A stretch of 64,000 bases of DNA from the human T2T-CHM13v2.0 reference genome, Homo sapiens: NCBI RefSeq assembly GCF_009914755.1, contig NC_060933.1, one strand, 5' to 3'. How positions within the stretch are numbered: position 1 is the stretch's first letter; every line of letters starts with the position of its first letter. The position numbers and the translations under genes were made by a program. Below the pieces are notes generated by a model. That model worked only from the letters and a program-made list of their open reading frames with translations. It did not search any database and was not told the DNA's origin. Shown here one piece after another: positions 17,223 to 31,386 of this stretch.

Positions 17223-20059
17223 GAGAAAAAGAGAGAGATTAAACATACTCCATATGAAGGTTATCAACAGTGGACCCCTCTCACTCATCCTCCCTTCAGT
17301 TTGGTGTCATTTGGCCAACTTTCCATCTTTTTTCACTGTCGTCATGTATGATTTTAGTGGACAATGAGAGATGATCCATCAGAGGCTGTCAGCAAAGTGC
17401 CTTTTTGACTGGAGAATTACACATTTATAATTTAGTATGCAACATTTGGCCTTCAGTTTTGAGGCTCTACCCAAGGTCTCAGACTTTCCGGGCCTAAAAG
17501 GAACATGGTCCTTCCTTTGCTCACCCCACCAACCTCTGCTAATTGTTACTCTGTTGCATGCATCTAGGCTTCCTAATGAAGGTCTGCTGTGTGGACAGCA
17601 CTGAGCAGTCTGGTTCTGTACTTTTCCCAGTTCTGAAGGGATCCTGGAATGAGGCCTGTTATTGTTTGTCAGTAGACCAATTACTGGTGGCTTTGAAGAT
17701 CTCCTTCATGCACGTTTCCTGGTTCTGTCACTGTTTCTACTACATTCTTGGTGGAGTCAAGTGCTGGAGTCCTGTGCTGAGTCCATAGCAGGAATAGGGT
17801 CACAGAATTTCACTCCATGTCCTAAACTACTAGGGATCAAAGATCCTAACTTGTCCAAAGACATCCTATCTGAGATCAGATGGGGTCCAGGTAAAACCCT
17901 GAGAAAAAAGTGAGAGACTTTAACACCTTCATCATCCTCTTTCTTTATCCTTTGTTTAGCCCAGTGTGCATCAGTTATGTTCTTTTAGGTCACAAAGAGC
18001 TCAGGTTTCCTTAGACAATCCATGTTACTGGGACCTGATCATGGCCATCACCAGCAGACACCAATTTTTTTTGTCCTTCCAAGCCTCTTCTCAACTAATT
18101 TGACCCTTCCTTGGCCATTGCTAATGCAGTTACCCTATGCTGTGGTGCCAAGCTGGATGTGAAACTTCTCTAAGATGTTTGTGGGGTTCCCAATCTACAC
18201 CCCAGCAGGAACACGATGCCCTTTGTCCACATTTACAAAAAACCCTTCTGGAGATTTGTATTTCCCAGCCCCTGAGGCTTGACACCAGCCTGAGGCGGGG
18301 AGCCTGTAAGTACCTCTTTACTTCTGTAATCAGAACAGGCAGGGCTTCAGCTCCTCCTGTGACACCCACATCTGCTTCCTCACCTGCTCTGCAGCTGATT
18401 TCAGAAACTTTGTAAGACTGTCTCGCCCTCCAGGTTGTAGCTCTTGATCTTCCAAACCAAGCATATTCAGAATTCTGAACACAGCCACAGCAATCACAAC
18501 AAGGACATAGCTCTGGCAAATAAAAAGTGCTTTACTTCTGGACTTTTGTGTCTGTTGTAAATTGGAAAATCCATTCAGAAACATAATTGGCTTTGGCTTC
18601 TCTGAAGTAAGAAACAACACAGATGGAGCAGAGCCTTAAGATAAATAGAACCATCTGAGGGGTGTGGGGTTACAGAAATGAAAAATATCTATTAAAAAAT
18701 ATGATCTCACCTGAAGAATTTTAGACTCCAAGCCAAGATACAGAGACATTTTTAAAACATCTTCAAATCATACCTTGCAATACTGGAGACCAAATGGTGT
18801 TTCATCTGACTCTAAGGGCAAAAGTAGCTGTTTTTAGCTTCTGAGGCTTGTAAAAATACACACAAGGAGCGTAGGGTGAAGTAAGAGAGAGATGGCTTGA
18901 GTTCCTTTGGAAAAGCCCTGTATGATCTGACATGGTCTGTGAGTTACCAGTGCAGGTTCCACCGCGCTTTGTTGGTGTGGCCTGCATGGGGCAGGTGGGC
19001 TTCCCAGGCTGATGCGGTACTTCCTGAAGCTGGATCAAATGCACCAGAATGAAGTGGTTGGACAGCGGATGCTCCTGAAGCCAGCAGAAGAAACAGACAC
19101 AATCCACAGAAGGCAGAGAGAAGAAGAGAAGCTACTTTCAGCCTTGGCATACAGGACAATGGTGTGGAGAGCTGGCCACCATACAATCGCTGTGACCACA
19201 GAGCTGGCACTGACCCAAGGAACCTAGAAATCCTCTGCCAAAGAAAGAATAAAACCTGCCCTAATTGGAAACACTTCTGACAAAATGCCAAAGGGAGATC
19301 CTGCCACTTTTCCTTTTTCAGATCGTAAATCACCCTAGTTTCCTGGAAAAGTTATGTCTGGACAGACTTATTGCCCCTTGAAAGACCCAGCAACCTGGTC
19401 TTTGAAAATCTTGCTGGAAGATGTAGAAAATCTCCAACCATTCAGACTTCCAGTACCTGGGGGTGAAAACTGCCTCGGATGATCAATGAATGCCTGCTCT
19501 CAGAGGTCAGACCCAATGAGTATGAGCCAGCAGAAGCTTAAGAGCTAGTTCTCATTATGATAAAGCACATTCTGGCAAGGCCACAAAAAGAAAGATGATG
19601 GCAATCAGCACAGATACAAATGAAAACCAGACGAAGGTTTCAGCCAAACTAGTCTTCACTTCTGCTATAATGGATTAATTTTTGGGTGCTGAAGTCAGCA
19701 CAATTTGCAGATTCAGAACACTGAATACGGGAGTCAAAATTGGGTAGACATTTAGTTGAAACTATAGCAGACTCTTGACATTTACAAGGGTTAATGCTGC
19801 CTCTCGCACTTGTCAACTTCTACCTTCAATTGCATATAATACATCTTCATCTCTTCAACCCACTTATAGCTCTACACAGCCTTTCTCAGTGCATAGATGT
19901 AATATACAGGCCTTGAAATAACTCACAGCAAAGCTTTCTGTAAGGAAACCTCTGCATGTTCAAGCTTGTTGGGGCTAATCCTCTGGAATTTACCAGAGAA
20001 CAAATAAAATCCAGGAAGTATAGCCTACTCACAGGGTTTTCAGACCAACAGCAAAACCA

Positions 20060-20513
20060 GAATAATGCACCCTTCCCCACCAAAGGATGATCATGTCCCT
20101 GGAAACTGAATGTTACCTTACATGGCAAAAGGGAATGCAGGTGTGGTTGAAGTTGTGATAGGGAGACTATCCTGGATTATCCAGATATAATCACAAGGGT
20201 CCTTATAAGAGACAGGCAGGAGGCTCAGAGTCAGAGGAGATACAACAGTGAAGGCAGAAGTTGGAATGATGTGAAGTGCTGGAAAGAGGCCATAAGATAA
20301 GGAATGAAGGCAACTTCTAGAACACATGGAAAAGGAAAGATGTGGATTATACCCTGAGCACTTAGAAGGAACACAGCCCTGCCAATGCTTTGAGTTTAGC
20401 TTAGTGGAACCTATTGTAGGCTTCTGAATTCCAGAATACAGAAGTCTGAAGGGGATACATTTGTGTTGTAAGCCCCTCGGTTTGTGGTAATTTGTTATAG
20501 CAGCAATAGGAGG
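20060..20513 (+). mobile_element. MLT1 (C/D-like) MaLR LTR
   Basis: gaatgttaccttacatggcaaaaggga...ctatcctggattatccag...tttgtggtaatttgttatagcagcaatagga; boundaries approximate. Confidence 0.75.
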
Positions 20514-21176
20514 CTATTGGTCAACAACATTTGTTTTTAACACTTTTCCTTTATTCTCATTTTCTGTTTCCAACATCAAATGAAACTCCAATTCAAGCAA
20601 AGTTTCTAGAATAATTTTTTTAAAAGACAATTCCATAAGATCCTCCTTTACTCTCACCTGCCATGTTGTAAATAACTCCTCCCAAGATGATTTACATTTC
20701 CAAGTAGAATCAGGGAGAAGGTATTTCGTATAGAAGGAGAGAGAACTGATGTTGATTAATTACGTAGACACCATAGCAAGTATTTTGCACGTAGATTATT
20801 CTCTTTTCCCCAAACTACCCCCTACTCCATTTTGCAGCAAAGGTAACCAAGATTCAAGAAAGATAAATAACTTATACTCTGAATGAGTCACCACTGATGT
20901 GTCTATATGACTCCAAAATTCAAATTATTTTCGTTAGACTGTGCTTTTTCTAAACTACCGATACAAAACCATAAAGTCCTAACAGTAGAATGTCTACATC
21001 AATTTGGAAGAAATGGTGATTTGGGAAGCAGGTACCACTCCTGGAAAGATACTCCGGGGAGTACTTAGAATCATTTTGATAGGTCATCATGGACTCTCAC
21101 CGCTGTTTTCTCTTAGGAGAAAAATGCAATTGACAGAGTATGTTACCATTCCTAATGATTTTAAATCTTCTTATAG

Positions 21177-21427
21177 GGGTGTTTGCATTTGGACTTTTTG
21201 CTACTGACATTTTTGTAAACGCCGGACAAGTGGTCACTGGGCACTTAACGCCATACTTCCTGACTGTGTGCAAGCCAAACTACACCAGTGCAGACTGCCA
21301 AGCGCACCACCAGTTTATAAACAATGGGAACATTTGTACTGGGGACCTGGAAGTGATAGAAAAGGCTCGGAGATCCTTTCCCTCCAAACACGCTGCTCTG
21401 AGCATTTACTCCGCCTTATATGCCACG
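21177..21427 (+). CDS. PLPPR1: PLPPR1 internal coding exon (251 bp; GVFAFGLFATDIFVNAGQVVTGHLTPYFLTVCKPNY...RRSFPSKHAALSIYSALYAT)
   Basis: Acceptor ttatAG|, donor |GTgagt, entry phase 1. Translation matches recalled PLPPR1/PRG-3. PAP2 motifs C1 and C2 are degenerate (PSKH for PSGH), as expected of this pseudo-phosphatase. Upstream exons lie outside the window. Confidence 0.96.
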
Positions 21428-23831
21428 GTGAGTGTGCAAGTCTTGTCTCTCCTAAGTCCAGTTTTTGATAGGATGTGTGTCTCCCTGCCCTGTCTCCATT
21501 CTTTCATTGTCACTTATAGCGACTCTTAAATTTATGTATGGCATATTTCTCTACATTATGCTATTGATATACTAGCCCCCCCACACACACACTTCTACCC
21601 CACTTTCAATCTCCTGATCTGCCAGAGGATATTAGTTCTGGAATGTTTTGATAATCACCTAATTACATCCTCCCATTTACAGATGTGAAAGCAGGGTCCC
21701 ACAGTATAGCTAAGATCATACAACCAGAGCAGGGACCCAGACTCCTGGTACTGTGTCTGAGATTTTCTTACCTCCCACAACAGTACTCTTTGTCAAGGTT
21801 TTCGTTGGTTTCGGAACAGCACACCTTCTCACACCTGCCTAGAAATTTGCAAGCATGGGCCTTATATGAATGACTGCTCCAACAACATGCAGACCCAGGA
21901 TACACAGCTTTCCTTTGCTCTGGCACTTTTCTCCATGACTTTGCTAGGAGACAGGGATGATCCTAGAAAAACCTCAACACCCCAGAGTATGTTTCTCATT
22001 GTCCCCCAGATCGCACAGCCATTGACTGCCCCACTGGGGTATAATTTTCTCTGGTTTTCTTTTTGTTCTAGTAACAGAAAAACCAAAGTATGTCCCACAT
22101 CTTAAAGAACAATGGTGTCTCTCTTATTTTCCAACTTTTTAACTGTATTCATTTTGGAAATAACTTCATTTCACTCTTGTCTGGCTTATGCATTCTTAGG
22201 ACCCAGAATATAGACATGCAGAGATCAGCTCAAAGGCTCCACGGGCTGATACGATATTGCTGGTGGACATCAGGTGCATTTACCAGTGGCAGAGCAACTG
22301 TTGGCCCAAAACACCCCCTTTCCTTACTTCAACTTATTTTATATTCAGAATATGACTAGTCTGGTAATTCTCAATGGAAAGTGTGGGAATGGAAAAGACA
22401 GAAGGAAGCCTCCTTTCAAACTGTCCATTCTTCCCAAACATCTGAGTATGCCCTCAACCCACCCCCCAGGGAGATGCTACCCTTCCTGTCACTGAGTGTA
22501 ATTGCAGGAGGCATGTTCTGCCTCTGCGGGAAGAAAACGGGTCTGTGCCTTCACCCCTAGGGTGGAAAAAAGGCAAAAACTCATATGGGTTTCTTATACC
22601 CCAAATGATTCTTTAATTTGTCACATAAAAACTGCATGTTCTGAATCTAATAATTAATACACAGTCATTCTTTGTGACTATGGGTCTGATCTATTTATTT
22701 AAAACAACCAGGAGCAGATAGTGCCTTTGTGTCCCATTTACAGGATCACATCGATAGGGTTATTTTGTCAACCACCAACTATGTGACATGAGTATGTGAA
22801 AAAAAGGACTTCAGCTGTCCCCACATTAAAGAAACAAGGATGCAAATAACACAGAAGCCTCAATTTACAAAACAGATTATAGCTCAGTTAAATGTCTTTG
22901 CTTTATCAAAAACAAAACCAAACCAAAAAACCTCTATGCAGGTATTTTTTTTAAACAAATAAAGCCCTCTGAAGTATCCAACATATTTTCAAATTTTCAG
23001 AATGTTGATTTTTCCTAATTATCTAGAACCTAAACAATGTATTCTTGTGCCTTTTCCTGTATTTTTTATCAGACTCAAGTCATTGCTGTGTGAAATTAAT
23101 TTTTATAGTACCATTATAAAAATTATTCTGTTACTTATAATAAACTACTGTCTCAACAAATGAGATACGAAGTTCTTTGGGCAAGAAAGAAGTAAATATC
23201 ATCAGCTCACACAGAATAAATGTGACTATAACATGTTCTCAAGGATTCAGATGTTATCCAATTCAAATCATGCCTCACAGACTATAGTCAGATAAACCCT
23301 GATATAAGATTCCAATTGCATAAATCTTCTGAGCCGCTATTACATGTCAAATGCTTTCAGAAATTACTCAACAAGGATTTCCTAAGTACTGGTTAATACT
23401 ATGAAGAATACCAACTAACCATAGGCTCATGCTTTTAATAGTTTTTAATCTTTCTTATAGGAAAGATTTATGACAGATATAATTGGAAAACATAATAGCA
23501 TGAACAACTGAATATATGCAGCATAGGTTTTAAGTAACATTTACCAGAGTCTGAAAATAGTGTAATAATATGCTGTAATTTATGTAACTGTGATGTAACC
23601 AGTTTTATAGGGAATCTGTTATATAGAAGAGATTCCTATCTTCTGGTATTCTCACCAGTGTTGAGGTATCATTCTAGAATATTAAGAATTTCTATTGTAA
23701 TACTGTAAAATGCGTCTATTTTAACTTATATGTGCTCAGGCCATATACACATACTATATAAGTATCAGCATATTATTTTTTAGAATTGCTAAGCTCACAT
23801 AGCACATTTGTTAAGAAATGATAGACCAATG

Positions 23832-23845
23832 GTGCCCTCTAGTGG
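23832..23845 (-). promoter_or_regulatory. Candidate CTCF core motif
   Basis: Minus strand reads CCACTAGAGGGCAC, matching the CCACYAGRGGGCRC consensus; binding is not shown. Confidence 0.6.
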
Positions 23846-24763
23846 TGTTTTGTAACTACTACCAAAGGTTAGCTAAAAAAGTGTACTTACATGAAAAAGG
23901 CATGGCTTCCTAACTCTAAACCACCAGGGACACATTTGCTAACTGAACCTGTAAAACGTCAGAGTCTTACCCAGCACCTCACAACAAACTAATAACAGCC
24001 GCCTACATCTCAGGTGTCATAACGTGTATCATCTTTTACTTAGCTCAGGTCTTCTTGACCTTTTGTATCTTGTGGAACACACAGAAAATTTTAATATTTT
24101 AAGAAACAGTGGAGTAAATGAATGAATAAAGCTGATCACAGCTGTCCTGAGGAATGTATGAGTCAATTTACTAGCACAGCTGAAACCTATTTATGTGATG
24201 CAGTTGTTGGGAGGTTCTAATTCAGCCTATCAACTAACTCATCAGTCAACACTTTGTTGGTATTAATCACCTGAAGGTGTGACAAAGCAACTAGGAACTT
24301 TTGGGGACACAAAAAATAAAATGTACGGTCACTTACAGTCACTCTCCTACCTGGTCTTCTCCACCAAAAGCTTCATTCCCATAGAAGGTTTATTTGGTAT
24401 CTCAGACTCTCATATGGATTTCTTATACCCCAAATGATATTTAAACTTGTCACATAAAAACTGCATGTTCTGAATCTAATCGTTAATGCGTTCTTTGTGT
24501 CACTAATAACTTCTGTTGACATGTCCACTAGATTACAAAAGACTGAAGAATGTACATCTGTTCATTGTTCTTGCTGCACTGATTTCCTACCTAAATAATT
24601 TATTAAATATCTTAATGGAGTTGTTCAAGGAATACTAGTTAGTGTGGTTGCTTTGACACAAGCCCCTGCTTGTGTATGCTGGTGTATGTACCTGCTTGCT
24701 TGCATGTGTACTCATAGCACAAGGCAGCTGCCTGGTCACTCCCTGGCCTCTGTCCTATTCCAG

Positions 24764-24940
24764 ATGTATATTACAAGCACAATCAAGACGAAGAGCAGTC
24801 GACTGGCCAAGCCGGTGCTGTGCCTCGGAACTCTCTGCACAGCCTTCCTGACAGGCCTCAACCGGGTCTCTGAGTATCGGAACCACTGCTCGGACGTGAT
24901 TGCTGGTTTCATCCTGGGCACTGCAGTGGCCCTGTTTCTG
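24764..24940 (+). CDS. PLPPR1: PLPPR1 coding exon (177 bp; MYITSTIKTKSSRLAKPVLCLG...NRVSEYRNHCSDVIAGFILGTAVALFL)
   Basis: Acceptor ttccAG|, donor |GTaggt, phase 0/0; contains the degenerate PAP2 C3 motif. Confidence 0.96.
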
Positions 24941-26409
24941 GTAGGTTGACTTCCCTCTTTTTACCTTTTCCCCCTCTTCTACTCTCTGAAAAACTGTGAG
25001 TCAGGTTTCCCAGACTTCACCATCTGTGTTCCTTTCGTCCCAACCTTGTGAATTACAATTATTCTCCAAGTATTATACATGCTTTTGCTACAAAAATGAT
25101 TTCAAAACACTCTTTCCTTTCAGAAACTGGATTGCCAAATTCCTTCTGGGTGGCAGGGAGAGAATTGCCCCTAGAAGTACAGCTGGCTCTACCCCTTTCA
25201 ACACTGGGCTTGGGACTGGGGCCAAGCAGACTAATGATAAATTGGCACACCTTCAAACCAATCTTCTCTAAGTATTTGTTCTCAGCATATTGGGGGCAAA
25301 AGCTAAGTGTTCCTTGAGGGAAGAATAGAGAATGAAGAGCACTGGTAGAAGCAAGCAGCCTCTTCTCCAGCATCCCAAGAAACTCAACTCTAATTCCAAA
25401 GTTGCATCTCCTACTCGGAAATTTTAAAAACCCTGCAGATGATCACACCCGCCCTTTTTAGTGGGCCTCTGTTACTATTGGAACATGCCTCTTGGGAATC
25501 TTACTTCCGCTAAACTGGCTTCTCAACCACCTATCTTCCTGGAGAAGAGTTTTGGTTAATACATTTTTCTTGTATTTCTGATTATGTTTTAGTTCCCCAA
25601 ATAGATGGAGGTCTGGCCACCTGCTCACCTAGGAAATCCCTTAAATTGAGTTGGAGTTGATAAAAAGAGGTTAATTTTTATTCTTTTTGCCTTCTCTTTC
25701 ACGGTTGTATTGAAGTATAATAGGTATACAATAAATGACACATCAAGTATACAATTTGATCAATTTTGGCATACAACTTTCTCACCCTTCCTTTTCCCTT
25801 ATCCCCAGGCAACTGGTGATCTTCTGTCATTCTATATTAGTTTGCCTTTTCTACGATTTCATATTAATTGAATCATAATGTATTTTTTCAGGTATCTTTC
25901 ACCTAGCATAATTATTTTGAGATTCATCTATGTTGTAGAATGTATCCATAATTCCTTTTTATTGCTGTGTAGTATTCCATTGCATGGTCACACCTCAGAG
26001 ATGCAGATTTCTATTATCTTCAAGGACTTAAAACAGGCCCAGAAAAATTTATGATGAATCATCAGGCCTGGAGACTTATACTGTGCATGAAATGAATCCC
26101 CTAACAATGTTCAGGAAGCCTCCCCAAGGAGAAAGAAGCCATCACAGTCTTGTAGGACCTCCCTCCTCCTATTCTGCCCTCTCTGGTCCAAGATCCATTT
26201 GGATTGGCATCACACATAGCTGGATTTCAGTCATAGGACTTAACACACTTCCTTTTCCTAGCCCCTCTTCCTTCCCTCCCCAATATGCAAAATACACACA
26301 TGCCTCTCCCAGCCTCTAACTTGGTTTTCCAACTTGTAAAAAATCTAAGATACAGACAATGCTCACATTCAGAACATTGATTGGGAAGCTTCTTTCTAAT
26401 TCAAAATGA

Positions 26410-26780
26410 CAGGCATATCTCAGAGATAATGCAGCTTTGGTTCCAGACCATTGCAACAGTGAATATCACAGTAAAGCTAGGCACACAATTTTTTGGTTTC
26501 CCAGTGCATATAAAAAGTTATGTTTACATTATTCTGTAGTCTATTAAGTGTGCAATAGCATTATGTCTAAAAAAAAAAAAACCAATGCAGTTACCTTAAT
26601 TTAAAAGCACTTTATGGCTTTAAAAAAGTGTTGACGCAGACACAAAGTGAGCATGTGCTGTTGAAAAAATGGTGCCAATAGACTTGCTGGACAGTGTTGT
26701 CAAAAAGCTTCAATTTAAAAAAAAAAAAAATATCTGCAACATGCAATAAAGTGAAGAGAAATAAAACAAAAATGTGCCAG
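26410..26780. mobile_element. Internally deleted Tigger1 (TcMar) DNA transposon retaining both ends
   Basis: Starts caggcatatctcagagat...ggttccagacca and ends ...aataaaacaaaaatgtgccag|ta (degenerate TIRs); about 370 bp versus a ~2.4 kb full element. Confidence 0.7.
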
Positions 26781-26924
26781 TATTTTGAATGGATCCAGGC
26801 ATTCTTCCTATAGTGAAAGATGAAAAACTAAAATGCAAATACTCTGGATGAAGTTGCAGGAAAAGCAGTGCTGAAGTCATCATAAAATCTTGATATCTCA
26901 TTAGGAACTTTCCTGAGGAACGCC

Positions 26925-27220
26925 TTTTAAAAACATTTTATGGATACATAGAAGTTACACATGTTTCGGGGGTATGTGTGATATTTTGATACAAGCATAC
27001 AATGTATAATGATCAAATCTGGGTAACTGGGATATCCATCACCTCAAATACTGTTACTTTGTGTTAAGAACATTCCAAATCTATTCCATTTATTTTGAAA
27101 TATACAGTAAATTATTGTTAATTATTGTCACTCTACTGTTATAGTGAGCAGGCCTCATTTTTTCCATCTGACTGTATTTTTGTACTGATTAACCAACTCC
27201 TCTTCCCCCTATCGCCTACT
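26925..27220 (-). mobile_element. Old L1M 3' fragment
   Basis: aatgatcaaatctgggtaactgggatatccatcacctcaaa... typical of antisense L1MA/MB 3'UTR. Confidence 0.6.
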
Positions 27221-28118
27221 ACCATTCCTGAGGAATTTTTTTAAGAAGGAAAGAAAACAGGTGACTTGAAGGGAAGAGAAGGGTTTCAAAGGGAGATCAA
27301 TGGTGTATAAATAGACTTTGGCTCAAGAAAAGACAAACAATGTTGCTGACCATCAGTTCTAAAGCCGCCATCCCCAGTTAGAGAGGAAGAGCCATTCTGA
27401 CTGTTCCAAGCAATTTTGTAGGGTCTTTGTGGGATGATATTGGGGTTTGCTGAAGCCCCATACACAAATCCTGCTTCAACGTTAAACTTGTTTTCTCTCC
27501 ATAACATGCAGCCCTGTTTCTCATCACTCAGTAACTACTCAGTCTGCTAGTGCTTTCAAGTGACTTCCCAATTGATGTCAAAATTTGTTTGCCTACAAAT
27601 GGCCTTTACGTAAGACCCAGATCTGTGGTTGAATTGCTCTGGCATAAGAGAGACCACCCTGTTGGCACATGCATGTGAACACACCTCACAGACACACACA
27701 AAGCTGGGAAATGGGAGGGGAAGGATGTCCTGGAGGAGCCTGGAGGCATTCCAAAGCAGAGACTTGGAGAGGAGACAGAAAAAGAAGAGCAAACACTGAG
27801 AATGGCAGGATATCTACTGTAAATGTTCAATAGTGCTTTATGTTTGTGGTTCCCATGAGGCGGAATGTGGGAGGAAGGGGAAGGAAGTTATTAGCTGAAC
27901 AAGTACCACATGCTGTATGCTTTATAGACAGCTAATCAAGTGCCCCCAGGGCAACTCTAACAATATTCCTATCCTCATTTTATAGATGAGGAAAATGAGG
28001 CTCAAAGATAAGTAACTTGCCCAATAGCCATGCAACCAATAACCAGCAGAGGGACCTGGGTCTCTCCACTCCAAAGTTTCTACAGGTTCCCCTCTTCCCA
28101 GTTAAAGCACAGTGTAGG

Positions 28119-28482
<364 letters not shown>

Positions 28483-28819
28483 CTACAGGGTTTGAAGAGT
28501 AGCAGGAAAGATTCGAACATGCTGGATGAAGAAACAAAGAAAGTATGGAAAGAGGCAGGGAAAAGGAGGGTTCTTCTTGGGCAAAAAAAAAAAAGCAGGG
28601 AAGATGGTAGAAACAGTCAGTTATGAAAAGACCTTGGCAGGAAACAGAAAAGTGGGCAGTAACTTACAGGGAAAGTTTTAAATGGAAGCGATAAAAGAAA
28701 ACTCAAGAGTTATCTAATCTCAAGCAAATAGTCATAATCTGAAGATGACTATCTAAGGTAAGAGTTAAAGACCAGCTAACATGGACTGAATACTTGCTAT
28801 GCATTTGGCACTTTTTAAG

Positions 28820-29035
28820 GGGCAAAATAGTATAGGGATATGATTTAAGGGCTCTGGAGTTTCAATCTCTGTGTGACCTTGGGCAAGTTAGATAACTTCC
28901 CTGTGCCCCCCTATCTAGACTGGAGATAATAGTACCTCCCTTATGAAATTGTTGGGTGGGTTAAGTGAAATTGGATAAAATCCTCAGGGTCGTGCCAGAC
29001 ACATAGTGGCCCTCAATAAATTTTAACTATTATTA
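28820..29035 (+). mobile_element. MIR SINE
   Basis: ctgtgtgaccttgggcaagttagataacttccctgtgcc core. Confidence 0.7.
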
Positions 29036-29330
29036 TGAGGTGGTTTGCATTCACCATGTCTTTAATCATTACAAATCTGTGAAGTGGGTATTACTATTCT
29101 TATTTTACAGGTGAGAAAACAGACCCAATGGGGTGGAGAGCGATTATTACTGGTCATCTGGTGATTAAACAGACGTTTCCACAGCACTTCCCATAGTCCC
29201 TTTCCCCTCTCTCAAAGGAAAAAGGTCACTCTGGTGATGATATTCAAGGGGAAAGGCCTGCCACCCTCACAGATGCCAGGCATTGATGGCTGCAGTCTGA
29301 CCCCATTCTTTTTTCCCCCTCATCCTGCAG

Positions 29331-29462
29331 GGAATGTGTGTGGTTCATAACTTTAAAGGAACGCAAGGATCTCCTTCCAAACCCAAGCCTGAGGATCCCC
29401 GTGGAGTACCCCTAATGGCTTTCCCAAGGATAGAAAGCCCTCTGGAAACCTTAAGTGCACAG
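29331..29462 (+). CDS. PLPPR1: PLPPR1 coding exon (132 bp; GMCVVHNFKGTQGSPSKPKPEDPRGVPLMAFPRIESPLETLSAQ)
   Basis: Polypyrimidine tract plus ctgcAG| acceptor, |GTatgg donor; in frame with neighbouring exons. Not in the ORF track. Confidence 0.95.
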
Positions 29463-30015
29463 GTATGGTAAAGCAGTTTTAGCAAACCAAACCCACAGGC
29501 TGAACACTTTGGGAGGTCAGTATCAATCCATGAATACCACTTAATCTACCCAGCATCAATGAGAATCTGATTAATTTATTGTAAAGGCCCTCACAAAAGG
29601 CAGCCTTCACTTTTTCCCCTCAATTATTCCTATATTTATTCCGGGGGTTGGGGCAATCATGAATCCTCAGAGAGTTCTTAGTAATGTCTAACTTAAACCT
29701 TAGCTGTTTCAGGATACTTTGACCTACAATATAATATCACATTCATGAAATTTGCACTAATCATATGGAAAAAAGCAATTTGACTTAATAACTAGGATCA
29801 TATTTGGAAAGAAAAAGGTTGTGTTACACACAGTGATGTAAGTTGGAGGCACATTTTAAAAGGCTACTAAATGTCCCTTTGGACCTGTTTTTGTGACAAA
29901 AATTCAATGCAACAGTACCTCCTGATCTGTTACTCTACAACAGAACCTTGCATCATACCAGGGATACAAAAAATAATTGATATAGTCCTTGCCCTCAAAT
30001 AACTCATAGATAAGG

Positions 30016-30148
30016 AGCAGGCATGGTGGCTCACACCTGTAATCCCAGCACTTTTGGAGGCCAAGGTGGGAGGATTGCTTGAAGCCAAGAGTTGAAGACC
30101 AACCTGGGCAATGTAACAAGTCACCATCTTTACTAAATAAATAAATAA
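30016..30148 (+). mobile_element. FLAM / Alu left monomer
   Basis: Single Alu arm followed by a (TAAA)n tail. Confidence 0.8.
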
Positions 30149-30455
30149 ATCACAGATGATCAGGAAAGGTGGATATAAATAGGTAGTCATAATATGACAT
30201 GCTGAATCAGAGGTGCACAAAGTGCTGTATGAATACAAATGAAGGGGAAAAAAATCTACTCCATGTGAGAAGACAGGGAAAGCCAGGAAGACGACTTGCC
30301 AACTGAAAGGAGCCTGGACAGATGATATGAAGCACTTAATTTTTCCCAGGACAATTGCTAGGAGCTTTACAAATATATCATTACTTGAACAACCACCCTA
30401 TTGAATAGATACTATAATTCCTATTTCACAGGTAAAGATAAGAATGCAGAAGACA

Positions 30456-30770
<315 letters not shown>

Positions 30771-31116
30771 ACACTGAAGACAGTGATGTTAGATTACCTG
30801 CCCGAGGTTGTATAGGTAGCAAGTAGGAAAGCTGGATGAGTAGGAGTTCTTTAAGCAGATGGGGGACAACTAATAATATGATTTTCATTAGCATGTCATC
30901 TTTTTCGGGTAGCTGAGCCCGGCTAAAGTGTTTATGTTTTGTCATAGTCTGTTTATCGTAAAATCTTGTTTGCATTTGGCATTTTCCTACTCAAGCATTT
31001 TTATAGAAGATATAAAAGATAAATCACTTCCCTTTGTTCCCTTTGGAATTATTATGTACTTCATATCAGTGCAATATAAAATAATATTTTCACTATTTAA
31101 CGATTATTAACTATGA

Positions 31117-31386
<270 letters not shown>

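Noticed and set aside
17585-17605. GGACAGCAC resembling the right half of a REST/RE1 site
   Set aside because: The left half (TTCAGCACC) is absent.
18944-19333. 129-aa minus-strand ORF with a signal-peptide-like stretch (LLSAFCGLCLFLLLASGASA)
   Set aside because: The hydrophobic segment is internal and derives from a GA-rich opposite strand; I recognise no family and see no splice or poly(A) support.
21428-21529. ORF track extends the PLPPR1 exon frame into flanking intron (21140-21529; likewise 24644-24949)
   Set aside because: Similarity to PLPPR1 stops exactly at canonical AG/GT sites; the extensions are intronic read-through.
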